Shown: positions 1 through 9,924 of the stretch, one piece after another | Numbering within the stretch: position 1 is the stretch's first letter | How the letters are laid out: each line of letters starts with the position of its first letter | Source: Chiloscyllium plagiosum | Lineage: Eukaryota | Direction: 5' to 3' | Assembly: GCF_004010195.1 (NCBI RefSeq) | Contig: NC_057719.1 | Span: 57,825,023 to 57,845,977, forward strand | Length of the DNA: 20,955 nucleotides | The notes under the pieces: generated by a model | Databases searched by the model: none | What the model saw: only the letters and a program-made list of their open reading frames with translations | What the model was told of the DNA's origin: nothing | Program-made: the position numbers and the translations under genes

Positions 1-1200
1 CTGTAGTGTTGGGTGATTTAATACTGGAAAGGTCGAAAAAAATCCCTTCATCCAATCAAGGAAGCTTTTGTGTCTTCTGACAGGAAAGGTAAAAAAGATA
101 GCAAATCGAATTGCGGAACACAAGAAAGGGAGGACAACAGTCAATTATATAAGAGACGATGTAAGAGGCAAGGATACATGAAAAGAAAATTCTCCTAAAT
201 TTAATCTGCACTAAGATTATGAAGCAATCTGAACAGGCATATTTGATAGTGGTAATTTGAGGATAACTTTCCCTTCTATGAACTGAAATGGAAAAGGAAA
301 TGAAAAGAATGTATGACTATATGTGTGGTGTCAGCAAGAAGGATTCTACTTTCTCGGGCACCGTTACAAGTTCTGAGTCAACTGGCAATAAACTTCATTT
401 GGTTACATTGAAACAGCCAGGTTTCTGAAGTATTGGTCGAATAATTAAATAGAGAAAGAATTAAAATTAAAAGTGTCATGGTGGGAGTGAGGATGGCGAC
501 CTAGTTAGAAAAGTAAAACCAGCGAGAATCATTAATAAGACAGGAGAGTCGGTTTGAATAATGTACCACAGAAAACAAGTTAGCAAAAAGATATGATGTA
601 AAGAAATAAAAGCAAATGGCTTAATTATGAAATGAAAAGACATGCATAGGCTGATGGCAACAGACAATGGGAGAGGAGTTATGTTTGAATAAAGGTTTTA
701 AAAAACTAAAATGAATATATCACAATTTACAGTGTGGGAAATAAACTGTGGAAACTGGAAGCAATTAATTGCATGGAAAGATCCAGACGTAATAACATTC
801 ACAGAAGTCTGGCAGCAAACTACACAAACATAAACATGCAATAGTATATAATGAAACAAATTTTGTTCTCAGCAGTAAATGATTGTGCTCAATCATTCAT
901 TACACAGGCACACAGACGACTCGAAGGGACCAGTTTACTGTAAATCAGAAAGCCAAAATAGCATGGCGCCCTCTACAGTGCACCTGGGACCTGGATGAAC
1001 AGGACAAGTAACTACATCTCAGTAAAGAATCAGATTGAAGAATTGTCAATGAACAGTAGAGCATTTGAATCAAAAAATTCTCAGTTCAAACTTCAAATAC
1101 TAAGTTACATCAGGACCAAGTGAAAGTGATGTAGAGAGGAAACAAAAACAATGAGATTCAGAGAGAGGGAAATTGAAGAATCATAAAGGAAAAGAATGTA
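1..1200 (+). mobile_element. Old, heavily decayed CR1 LINE: ORF1 SGNH/esterase-like C-terminal region followed by start of ORF2 AP-endonuclease
   Basis: Broken-frame motifs in the expected order: VVLGDLIL (~3-26; cf. VVIGDSIV), CLLTGKVKKI (cf. CLPGARVKDV), WCQQEGFYFLGH (~326-361; cf. WCRREGFRFLGHW), then SVGNKLWKLEAI..DPDVITFTEVW (~731-812; cf. SI.NK..ELE...DVIAITETW). Many stops and frameshifts; ~830-1000 does not fit and may be unrelated. Confidence 0.55.
964..980 (-). promoter_or_regulatory. Candidate CTCF binding motif
   Basis: Minus strand CACTGTAGAGGGCGCCA matches the CTCF core CCASYAGRKGGCRSY at 13 of 15 positions, with its CpG retained in CpG-poor DNA. Motif only. Confidence 0.3.
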
Positions 1201-1297
1201 TCACTTTTAAGATTTGGAGATGCCGGTGTTGGACTGATGTGTACAAAGTTAAAAATCACACAACACCAGGTTATAGTCCAACAGGTTTAATTGGAAG

Positions 1298-1332
1298 CAC
1301 TAACTTTTGGAGCGCTGCTCCTTCATTGGGTG
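1298..1332 (-). ncRNA. Degenerate minimal hammerhead ribozyme motif (probably inactive)
   Basis: Minus strand CAC-CCAATGA-A-GGAGC-AGC-GCTCC-AAAA-GT-TA-GTG: helices I and II intact, both CUGAUGA and GAAA boxes mutated. Confidence 0.5.
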
Positions 1333-1697
1333 GTTGTGGAGGACACAATTGTAAGACACAGAATTTATAGCAAAAGTTTACAGTGTGATGTAACTGAAAT
1401 TATACATTGAAAAATACCTTGATTGTTTGTTGAGTCTTTCATCTGTTTGAATACCATGATAGTTTCGCTTCATTCATATGTAAATCACAAAACTGTAACA
1501 ATTGGTGTTAGCCAGATAATATGTTGAAGGTGTCAGCCCCCTGTGTCCTCTGTCTGTGTCGTAATATTTAGACTGATTCTAGCCTAAAAAGTGAGTTAAC
1601 AGAGTCTTACATGAACTCATGCTGTTTTTGAGCAAAGTACAATGTAACACTACAGGTTCACCGCACAAATGTATATGTATATGTTTGCATGTACGTT

Positions 1698-1731
<34 letters not shown>

Positions 1732-1734
1732 CGC
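1698..1734. repeat. (TG)n(CG)n compound microsatellite
   Basis: About 13 TG units run directly into about 5 CG units: ~37 bp of alternating purine-pyrimidine. Confidence 0.95.
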
Positions 1735-1739
1735 TTTTG

Positions 1740-1905
1740 TGTCTGTCTGTCTGGGGTGGGGGGTTGTGAGTGTGAGAGAGAGTGTATATGTGTGCGTATG
1801 TGAGTGTAGAGTGTCTAAGTCTGAGAGTGGGTGCATGTGTGACACTCTACACTAACATACACTCTCTCTCACACTCACAACCCCCCACCCCAGACAGATA
1901 GACAG
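1740..1905. repeat. Inverted repeat: arms 1740-1815 and 1841-1905, 25-bp spacer
   Basis: tgtctgtctgtctggggtggggggttgtgagtgtgagagagagtgtat...gtagagtgtc versus its reverse complement gacactctac...cagacagatagaca. The right arm lacks 12 bp; flanking (GT)n/(AC)n tracts extend the pairing. Confidence 0.9.
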
Positions 1906-2150
1906 AATCACACACACACACACACACACTGCAGCTAGGAAATGCAAACATGTAATGATAAGATTGGATAATATATGGATAATATCGGCAAAATACATGT
2001 ATACAATTGGATGATATGGCCATATGTGAAAACTTGAAACGTTGGCCATTCAAACACAGCTGAGTAGAAATTTGGGTGAGTTCATGTGGAAACCTTTGAC
2101 TAGAAACTTATTATCTGTCAAAATGGTACGAAACTTCTGTTCTTATCGTG

Positions 2151-2595
2151 GAGTCATTAGGTCATAGAGCACTGAAACAGACCCTTTGGTCCAAGTCGTC
2201 CATGCCGACCAAAGTTTTGCAAACTAAACTAGACCCGCTTACCTGCATGTGACCCATATCCCTCTAAACCCTTCCTATTCATGTACCTGTCCAAATGTCT
2301 TTTAAATGTTGTAACTGTACCCACATCCACCACTTCCCCTGGCAATTTATTCCACATACAAACCACCTTCTGAGTGAATAAGTTGCCCCTCAGCTCCCTT
2401 TTAAACCTTTCTCCTCTCACCTTAAAAATAGGCCCCCTAGTTTTGAATTCCCCCATCTGAGGGAAAAGACTTTGCTATTCACCTTAACTATGCCCCTCAT
2501 GATTTTATAAATCTCTATATGTTCCAGTGAAAAAAGTCTTAGCCTGTCCAGCCTCTTCCTATAACTCAAACTCTCCCGTCCTGGCAACATCGTTG
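2151..2595 (-). mobile_element. CR1 LINE 3' fragment (ORF2 C-terminus + 3'UTR)
   Basis: ORFs 2417..2650 and 2229..2456 give SYRKRLDRLRLFSLE, EIYKIMRG, RGERFKRELRGNLFTQKVVCMWNKLP, FKRHLDRYM. The minus strand ends in a gggtctgtttc...ctctatgac tail. Confidence 0.92.
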
Positions 2596-2714
2596 AGCTG
2601 CACGGCATTTTCTTGATGTGTACATCTCCCATGCATTCACATTTAAACAAGGGAACCTGAGTCTTACCTAGTCAAAGCTGCTAATGCAACTGACCACAAT
2701 AAGTTATTGGGTGG

Positions 2715-4222
2715 CAAGTGCCTAATTCACAAGCGTTTGGGCATTCTGAGTGAAATGCAGAGGGAGGTGGTGATTGTTTATCCATTGGAAGAGTCAATAG
2801 AGTAAACAGTGGAAATGGGACTACAAGGAAAGACATTTGGCAAGATTCATCTTCAGTGAGCCCACTAGGAAGGAAAATCAACAGAACAAGAAATTGGGCA
2901 ATTTGGATTACTGCTCTTCAGGAACAGGGGAGGTTTAAAAAAAAACTGGAAACCTTTTACATGTTGATTGGGGGAGGACAATGAAAAGTTGCAACGAATG
3001 ACACCGAGTTTTGAAAGAGTCGAGGGCACAGCAATGTTCTGATCGTTTTGCAAGCTTTCCTGTTTACTCAGTTGATTCTTTTAGGTGAGTGAATATGTGA
3101 ATAATCTCAGTACTGCTTGGGCATGTGACAGTATGGCCTGAGTGAGCATGTGAGAAATGGAGATGTAGGCAGACAAGGTGGTCGTGTGTTACATGATATG
3201 TCACTAACGTTACACATTCTCATGGAGAACAATCCCACAATGTGAGAGAGAAGTCAAGGACTGCAGTTGACAAAATTGATGCTGCTCAGGTATGCAGAGG
3301 AAGAGGCAATGCAGATTGTAGAAGTGGTGGATGAATGGGCTGGAGTGAGGGTGGGAATGGAGGGAGTGGAGAACTGGGTAATCACAGCTGGTGAGGGTGG
3401 AATGGCCAAACATAAATGTGAACATCCTCCAACCTGACGCTGGCAAATGGTCACACACAGCGACAAGAAGAAATGTGATGCATTCATGAACTATACAGCT
3501 CCTTAATGAGGCTCTTTTCTTCCTCTCTGCAAACCCTCACAATCAGCCCTCAGTCAACAGCAGATACCTGATGAGTGCAGATCTGGAGGATGTCACTGTA
3601 GAAGCCCCTGTCACTCAGAGCTCTGCTGGGGCAAGGTCCCTGCTGAGTCTCACACTGAACACAGACCTCTGATCACGGCCACAAAAAACCTGCCAAACAC
3701 ATAACACCAGTTATTGAGAATATGGTGGGGATGCCAGTGTTCATGCACAAAGTTGTATAAGTGACAGAGGAGTCTACACAAGCTATTAATTCTGCCATGC
3801 CTCAGTATATGAGTGCATAGCTTCCTCCCATGGACAGGTTCAGGTGAAACACTTGCCCCATATTTGCTCTGAGCTGCATCCGTCACTCGAGCTATGGTCA
3901 CCTTACAGCAGAGGCTAGCTGAGAGGGGGTTGAGAACTTGGGCATCCCTGAAAGAGCCTTTTCCACTCAGGGAAACAGAGAGGTACCATCAGACACAGAC
4001 AGGAAGGATAAACATATGCCAGCTACCCCAAGAACTTCCTCTCCAGACATCACCAGGGTGAGTGCACTTTCTTCATCCCCTCTGCCAGCAACTCCATTAC
4101 ACCAGCCAGTGATGCAGTGGAAGATGTCCCTACAGCACTTCAGGAGACTCAAAAGGCCAGAACTCTCAAGATCTCAGCCTTCCAGTGAATGCCTGCCACA
4201 GCCAACAAAAGCAACTTGTTAG
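2715..4222 (+). pseudogene. Decayed Myb/SANT-like accessory gene of a PIF/Harbinger transposon
   Basis: 3234-3320 reads HNVREKSRTAVDKIDAAQVCRG and, after a frameshift, LLRYAEEEAMQIV, resembling the Harbinger Myb-protein motif HN.RE..RTGGG...LT..EE.AL.I. It is preceded by a branch-point-like cactaac. A weak SANT-like segment lies at ~2715-2905 (RKENQQNKKLGNL), and a Ser/Pro-rich tail in ORF 3938..4222. Boundaries approximate. Confidence 0.5.
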
Positions 4223-5489
4223 TGAATGGAAAGCTTTAATCTCAGCTGGGGTTACATGAAGGCATATTGGCATAGGAAAAAGGTTAATACTTTACGAAAG
4301 CACAAAAGTGGCACAAGTAAATTTAATATGTTAAATTTGTCACATGAATATTGCGCAATATGTTGACTTCACTTAATTCACACATGCATTGTTGCCATAT
4401 CTTGGGGCGAGCTGAGTCAGACAGCTAAATTTCAAAGCTCACCTCATGGTTGGTACTCAATGATGGCTACAGGAGTTAGGAGCATTTACTTTAGTGTGGA
4501 GTAAATTATGTATGTTTGCATTCAATTACATTCAATGTTCATTTCACCATTTTATAAGGACTATGTCTTTTTAAAAATTGGTGACTCAAATGAGAATGGG
4601 TTGCTTCAAAATCCAGTGTTTGATAGAATGACTGCAATTTTGAAAGTGAGTGATGTGATGCCCATGTGAGCACTGTAAACAATTGTTTGAACAAGCAGTA
4701 ATCAAAGTACGGATTGTGGATGATCCAATGCTTGGGGAGTGTATTGATGCAGCTCTCGTTGTCAACAGGAAACTGATTAGGCTGTGGACTAGTGACAATT
4801 AGATATAGAGAGAAAGAAATATAAATATGAGAGAGAGAGAAAGAGAGAGATGCCCAGATCTTCTCCCAGCCCAGAAGCTGTCTGTTCTCTGCAATCAAAA
4901 ACTCAATTTAAACTTGAAGAAAAGCAGTTTTCTTTCCTGCTGCAGTTGCTGTAAGCTGTGACATTTCAATTCATAAGTCAAGACAATTTAGAAGTGAATC
5001 AGCCACTCTGTATTTCTTACGAGTCAGAGAAAAACATCTGAATAACAAGGGGTCTGGCCAACTGAAGAAGAACAATTTCAACATTGGAAAAATCTAAACG
5101 AAAATAAGGGAAGTGTTTCAGTTTCACTCAAGGTTCTGCAACGAAGGTGAAAGATCTGAATTTTCAGATATTCAGATTTTCAGACTGACATATGTCCAAG
5201 TGCAAAACAGATATCTGGAGGATCAATGCTCATGTGTATAACAATGATCCATTCCTTTCATTCTTCTCAATGGCAGAGAATGCTGTTTCAGATGTAGCTC
5301 TGAAACAGGCAATGAAGATCCCACAATGGGACTACGTTCAGATACTTACCTCAATCTTGAGGCAAATTGAATATGTATGAGGGTATCCTATACATCCCTT
5401 GCACATGTCCCCATGGCCCTGGGACTCAGGTTCATGTCATTCATTGTCATCTTGGGAGAAGGCTTACTTCTTTCATGTATCCTATTGTA

Positions 5490-6320
5490 ACAGCTCTCCA
5501 TGTTATAAATAGCCAAGTTGTGCAGTTTACAGCAGACCATAATTATTCATGTTACTCTAATTTATGCAAATATCAGAGCCCGTGCACACTGAGGATAGTA
5601 AACATATACCATTGATGTGCTGATGCTTTGTTCATTGATGGTTCCAGTGGAGGCATTTGCTGCATTAGATTGCTTTTCTGCTGCACAGTCAGGATACCTT
5701 ATGTGTGTGACCAACCAGGCTCTGTGGGAAAAGCCTGTGACATCCAAGTTCCAGCAATCAAAAGGGCTCAAAGTTTTGAGACTTGTGAATTGTGTAAAAT
5801 GAATGAGTCATGAGAACTTTCTGGAACCAAGCACAGACATGAACGATTCTTTGCCTGTGGTAGCAGACCAGTTGCATGTTTAAAAACTGAAAACCATTGT
5901 TTCACAAATGCTTTGAACTGATTCCAGGCAGCTGTAATGGTCACGAGTGCACTTGCTGACCTCTTGCCCTCTAGGAAAACAGTGATGGCTCCAAGTCCCA
6001 ATGTGCTTATCCACATCAGTGGATAAATTATTCACACAACAAAAGATGGCATAGGTCACCTGTTTATACACCATATGGGGAAACCTGTGAAATGCCACAC
6101 ATCATCTATGAAGTCCTGGAAACCACTGGCATACATTGAGCAACACCAGTCATCCTGAAGCTCACTGGCATGGGGTTCCCACCAAATCCATAGGCCAAAG
6201 GCCTTGTTTCAGGACCATCATATCTCTAAGACTGTTTTCCAGGATACCCTCAGTTGTCTCTGGCATTGCCTCATGAACATTTGTAGATAGTTAGTTCTAG
6301 TTCTGAAGATGTGGTGATGT
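5490..6320 (-). pseudogene. PIF/Harbinger (HARBI1-like) DDE transposase fossil
   Basis: Colinear motifs across frameshifts: IFRTRTNYLQMFMRQCQRQLRVS, GGNPMPVSFRMT, ASGFQ, KQVTYAIF, FPRGQEVSKCT (cf. FP.V.GAIDCTH), NGFQFLNMQLVCYHRQRIVHVCAWF, PESSHDSFILHNSQV (cf. PGS.HDSFILRNS), WNLDVTGFSHRAWLVTH (cf. WLLGDKGYPL..WLMTP), AEKQSNAANAST..INEQSI, IIMVCCKLHNLA. Confidence 0.88.
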
Positions 6321-6449
6321 GCTTGTGTCTGCTTATAATGCCTTATTAGAATTCTTCCTGAACAATAAGGCTTTTGAATCTACCCAGGGGTAACTTTCAC
6401 TATTGGTTTGCAGTAATGGTAGAGAAAGAATCACCTTCCACCTGGAACT

Positions 6450-7120
6450 AGTCAGCCCCCAACTTTTTGACTTTGAGTCCATTATTCCTGACCCTCCAAA
6501 CATCATTGAGTGCTTTGAAATCTCCCATCATAATTTTTATGCTGTGACAAGCAACAGTAATCAGGCCATCTCTCCATCTTGATCCTACCCCAAAGACATC
6601 TCCTCTGATCCTAGACCCTCTGCCCGGCATCCTAGACATACTTTTGCAATGCATGGATCTTCAATAGTCCTATGAGTCCTTGCAGCATTCCTACTTCTCC
6701 TGGATTGTACTGACCTTCCTCCATAATTGTGAATTTCCCGATGATAGGGTCCTCCTGTTGATATCTAGGTCCTGATGTTGAAAAGCACTTTAGGCCCCTC
6801 ATTTCACTTTGGTGACTACCAATAACTATCCTCTCCTCTGACGATAACAAAACAATGCTTCCAAATCAAAAACCCACGCCTTGCCTTGACTATCTCATTC
6901 CAATTTAAGCCATGGACACTTCCTTGTTTAATTATCTGACAATCCTCTTCATGGTCCAATGCCTCCCTTTGATTACCTTTTGACCCCCTCTTTGCCGAAT
7001 GCAAACATCTTCCCTCAACACTCTTCCCCAATTCATCAATGCTCCTGGCACTGAATCTCAACTGACAGTCTCCTGCTCCAGGCCTCTGTGCTGCAGATTT
7101 CCACAAAAGCAACTGCTTTA
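6450..7120 (+). mobile_element. Probable ancient L2-type LINE ORF2 endonuclease-region fragment
   Basis: C/T-rich, with degenerate motifs in the expected order: ttgtactgaccttcc (~LYRPP), tttggtgactac (~GDFN), ttatctgacaatcctc (~ISDH), tttgaccccctc (~FDAL). Very diverged. Confidence 0.35.
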
Positions 7121-7529
7121 GTCAATCAAAATGGACAAACTCAACTGAGACATGCTATTTTTAAATGATAGGGAAAGTGCATGGTGCTATGAATTTTCCA
7201 TGTGGTGTTGATGGAATCTTGAAGTTAAGACTCAATTTCAAAAGGTTTTAAGATAATCATGAGATGCAAATATATTGAAAATAGGAAAGTGCCATTACCT
7301 CATGGCATGAGGTCACATCTGTAGCTGCAATGCCATTGACTTAAACTCTAACCCACCATCAAGAAGCCAATCCTCCTTAAATAAATCACCCTGCCAACAA
7401 AAAATCCCAAGCCTATAGGCCCCACTAAATATTGCCTTGTAAAAGTAGATTAAACTGGATATCTTATCTTGTCCACTAAATAATTTCTGCTTTGGTTGTG
7501 TTGGATCACAGACTAATAGTCAAATTTGA

Positions 7530-7714
7530 TCAATTTTTACATGTGTGGTTAACCATGTAATAATGACAGATAAACTGCTTTTATCTGCTTTGATTGAGGG
7601 ACAGATGTTTTGGAAATAGCTCCTCTGATCTTCTTTGAATTGTGCCAACTACCTGAACAGACAGATGGGTCCTTGATTTAATATCTCATCTGAAAGACAG
7701 CACATCCAACAGTG
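7530..7714 (-). mobile_element. Deu-domain SINE fragment (SacSINE1/AmnSINE1-related)
   Basis: Minus strand cactgttggatgtgctgtctttcagatgagatattaaatcaaggacccatctgtctg resembles the Deu core GGTGCCGTCTTTCGGATGAGACGTTAAACCGAGG with CpG decay. It is followed by tccctcaatcaaa and a tail; the tRNA head is not visible. Confidence 0.65.
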
Positions 7715-9133
7715 GTCATTTGGTACAGCACCGAAGTACTTTATGTACTGTATCTCCTGCCAAAGGCACTGGAATAGGAAGTGTAGTGCCACTGATGACA
7801 TCACTTTGTACCCATACTACATTGAAAGAAGAAGTTCATGCCAGGCTTATCATTGTTGGGCATTTGTTTTGTCACTTGCTTGCTATCCTGCTCACCATCT
7901 CATTCTCTGCTTTACCCACCTTGCTTGTTGCCATACTTGCCACTACATTAATCACCACTGCACTTTCTCACTTCTCTGTTCACCACTTTTCTTGCTACCC
8001 CAATCACATCTTACTTGCTGTACCTCTTCACCTCAATACATGCTGCCCCCCCCCCCACTCGCTATGGAGTCGGAACAAGGTGAGTAGTGAACGGGGGCTG
8101 AGAGACGTGGCAAAAGAGGAGCTGGGAATTGGGCAGCAATTCGCAAAATCATTGAAGTTTGATAAAGAAAACTACCAGCAGTGTGGCTAGCAATGATGTC
8201 TCAGGCACTGTCACTGCATGTGTGGCAAGTACATCGTCTGTAGTTGCATAGAGGTAAATATAGGCAACTTAAACCAAAACCTTCTCATTGGGATGTGTGA
8301 GTGCTACTAAGTGAGTTATAGTTGAGACAAAATGGCTTATAATTTTGTACATACCAGTGCAGAGGTATTAACTCAGCAATTTTATCTGAAGGAATGAAGA
8401 TCAGATTTAAATTTCATGAGTTGTAGTCACTTATTTTATCATTCATTCTTAATTTACACATAACATTTAAACATTCCTGCAGCAATATACTCTTGTATTC
8501 CTGTAACTTTGTGAGGCCCCTTCAGACTATGATACATGCCCTGGGTGCTTAAAAAACAGAACCTTTTTTCTGAAAGCCTGCACACAAACCTAGTGATTGA
8601 TCAGTCAGCAATCTTACTACAAAACAATTTGGCTTTGTGCCATGACTTAGCTGCTGAGCAGGTTTTCCCATAAAATTTCTCCTCACCTAACTCTGTTCAG
8701 CACCTATGTACACACCCACAGGTAAACAGGAAGATGAAAGCAGGAATGCAAGAAACAAAGATACTAATCCCAGTACTGAGTGACAACTCATGAGCAAACC
8801 TACAGTGAAATAAATCCAGCAGACAACATTTTACTGGACTATTACAAAACTTAACAGTATACAGAGATTTGGTTGACCTGAAAGTAACTTAAATAACATG
8901 AAAATGTCTTTAATTGAAGTCTTTAGAAGGGAAATGACATTTAACTAATAATAACAAAGGGATTTAAATGAAACCATGTGTTGCGTCAAAGAACCATTTA
9001 TTGTTGAACACTGTAACAATAAATTATTCACATTTGTGTCAACATCTTTAGGGAAATGCCTATTAATAAAATGTTTATCACTACCTTAACTGGATGTATT
9101 AATAATAGAAAGAACTGCAATCTGTGTACTTAC

Positions 9134-9193
9134 CACACCAGAAGGCAATGAGGCATAACTTAATATCTTCTTGTATTGTTCAAAAGTTAGAAA
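9134..9193 (-). CDS. SLC25A21: Internal coding exon (60 nt, phase 0-0) of mitochondrial 2-oxodicarboxylate carrier
   Basis: Acceptor tttggtttccAG and donor GTaagt. Translates FLTFEQYKKILSYASLPSGV, matching human SLC25A21 FFTFEQYKKLLGYVSLSPAL as recalled; in frame with the exon at 19422-19488. Confidence 0.93.
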
Positions 9194-9924
9194 CTGGAAA
9201 CCAAATCATAAGGACATAACCATCAGTTTGAGAAACTTGACTGAGCTCTTTGGATCTCTTACCTTTCTTAAAAAAATCATAATATCTAGCTCATGACTAA
9301 AATAAGATGTAAGTATAATAAGTCAAATACACAATGTGAAATCTCTCACAATAAATAAATAGTATTTCACAAATGCCATATTTTCAAAAACATATATACA
9401 ACATACATAGCAGATGCAATTTGTTGTGGGTCTTTAGTAATGCACTAAAAAATGAACAATTAGCTTGAAAAATATAAACAAGAGGTAATTGCATGTCTTC
9501 ATCTAAAAAGGAAGCAATTAGTGTCAATATTTAATAGCCACTTTCTCACAAACAGAATGCAATTCAGTCACATATTCAGTTAACATCGTTTAAAAGAAAC
9601 TTCAACTTAAAATCCATCCATTTATATTGTTGGCCAACTCGAGGTATTCAGACTGGCAGGCACAAAGGCATGTTAAGCAGTTAAAATAAAAACATAAGCT
9701 CTGCATTTTCCACCCATAGTCACTGAATAGACAGAACATCCAGAGTGAGTAAAAGACATTTGCCTACTTAAGCTTTTTATTCTATCTGAGCTCTTTCCTC
9801 TCATGCTTCTCAATCTATTCTTTCCACATCAGCAGTGCTTTCCATTCGACATTTCTCAATTCCTTTTTCTCAACAAATATTGATTCAGCTGCCTTTTAAA
9901 GGTGTCGATTGACTTTAAGTCATT

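Larger units (their letters stand above)
1211..1929 (-). mobile_element. Penelope-like element terminal (pLTR) fragment, truncated, with inverted segment at the truncated end
   Basis: Terminus gatttggagatgccggtgttggactg...gttaaaaatcacacaacaccaggttatagtccaacaggttt is homologous to copies at 12157, 14854 and 19067. Carries a hammerhead-like motif; 1841-1929 is an inverted copy of 1698-1815. Confidence 0.75.

Noticed and set aside
1579..2053. ORFs with HTHT/VCVC repeats
   Set aside because: Translation artefacts of (TG)n/(CA)n tracts and the inverted repeat.
4760..5190. Possible LTR fragment with GA-rich tract; 119-aa ORF 4539..4898
   Set aside because: No TG...CA boundaries, TSD, PBS or partner LTR identified; the ORF has no recognisable motif.
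5342..5460. Strong minus-strand donor (gag|GTAAGT at ~5349) as the next SLC25A21 exon
   Set aside because: The upstream sequence shows no similarity to the expected carrier peptide and lies in the Harbinger tail.
7720..8190. 156-aa hydrophobic ORF (and overlapping 114-aa ORF) as a membrane-protein gene
   Set aside because: Non-ATG start; the Leu/Thr/His bias is explained by C/T-rich degenerate repeats; no recognisable domain; antisense within an intron.
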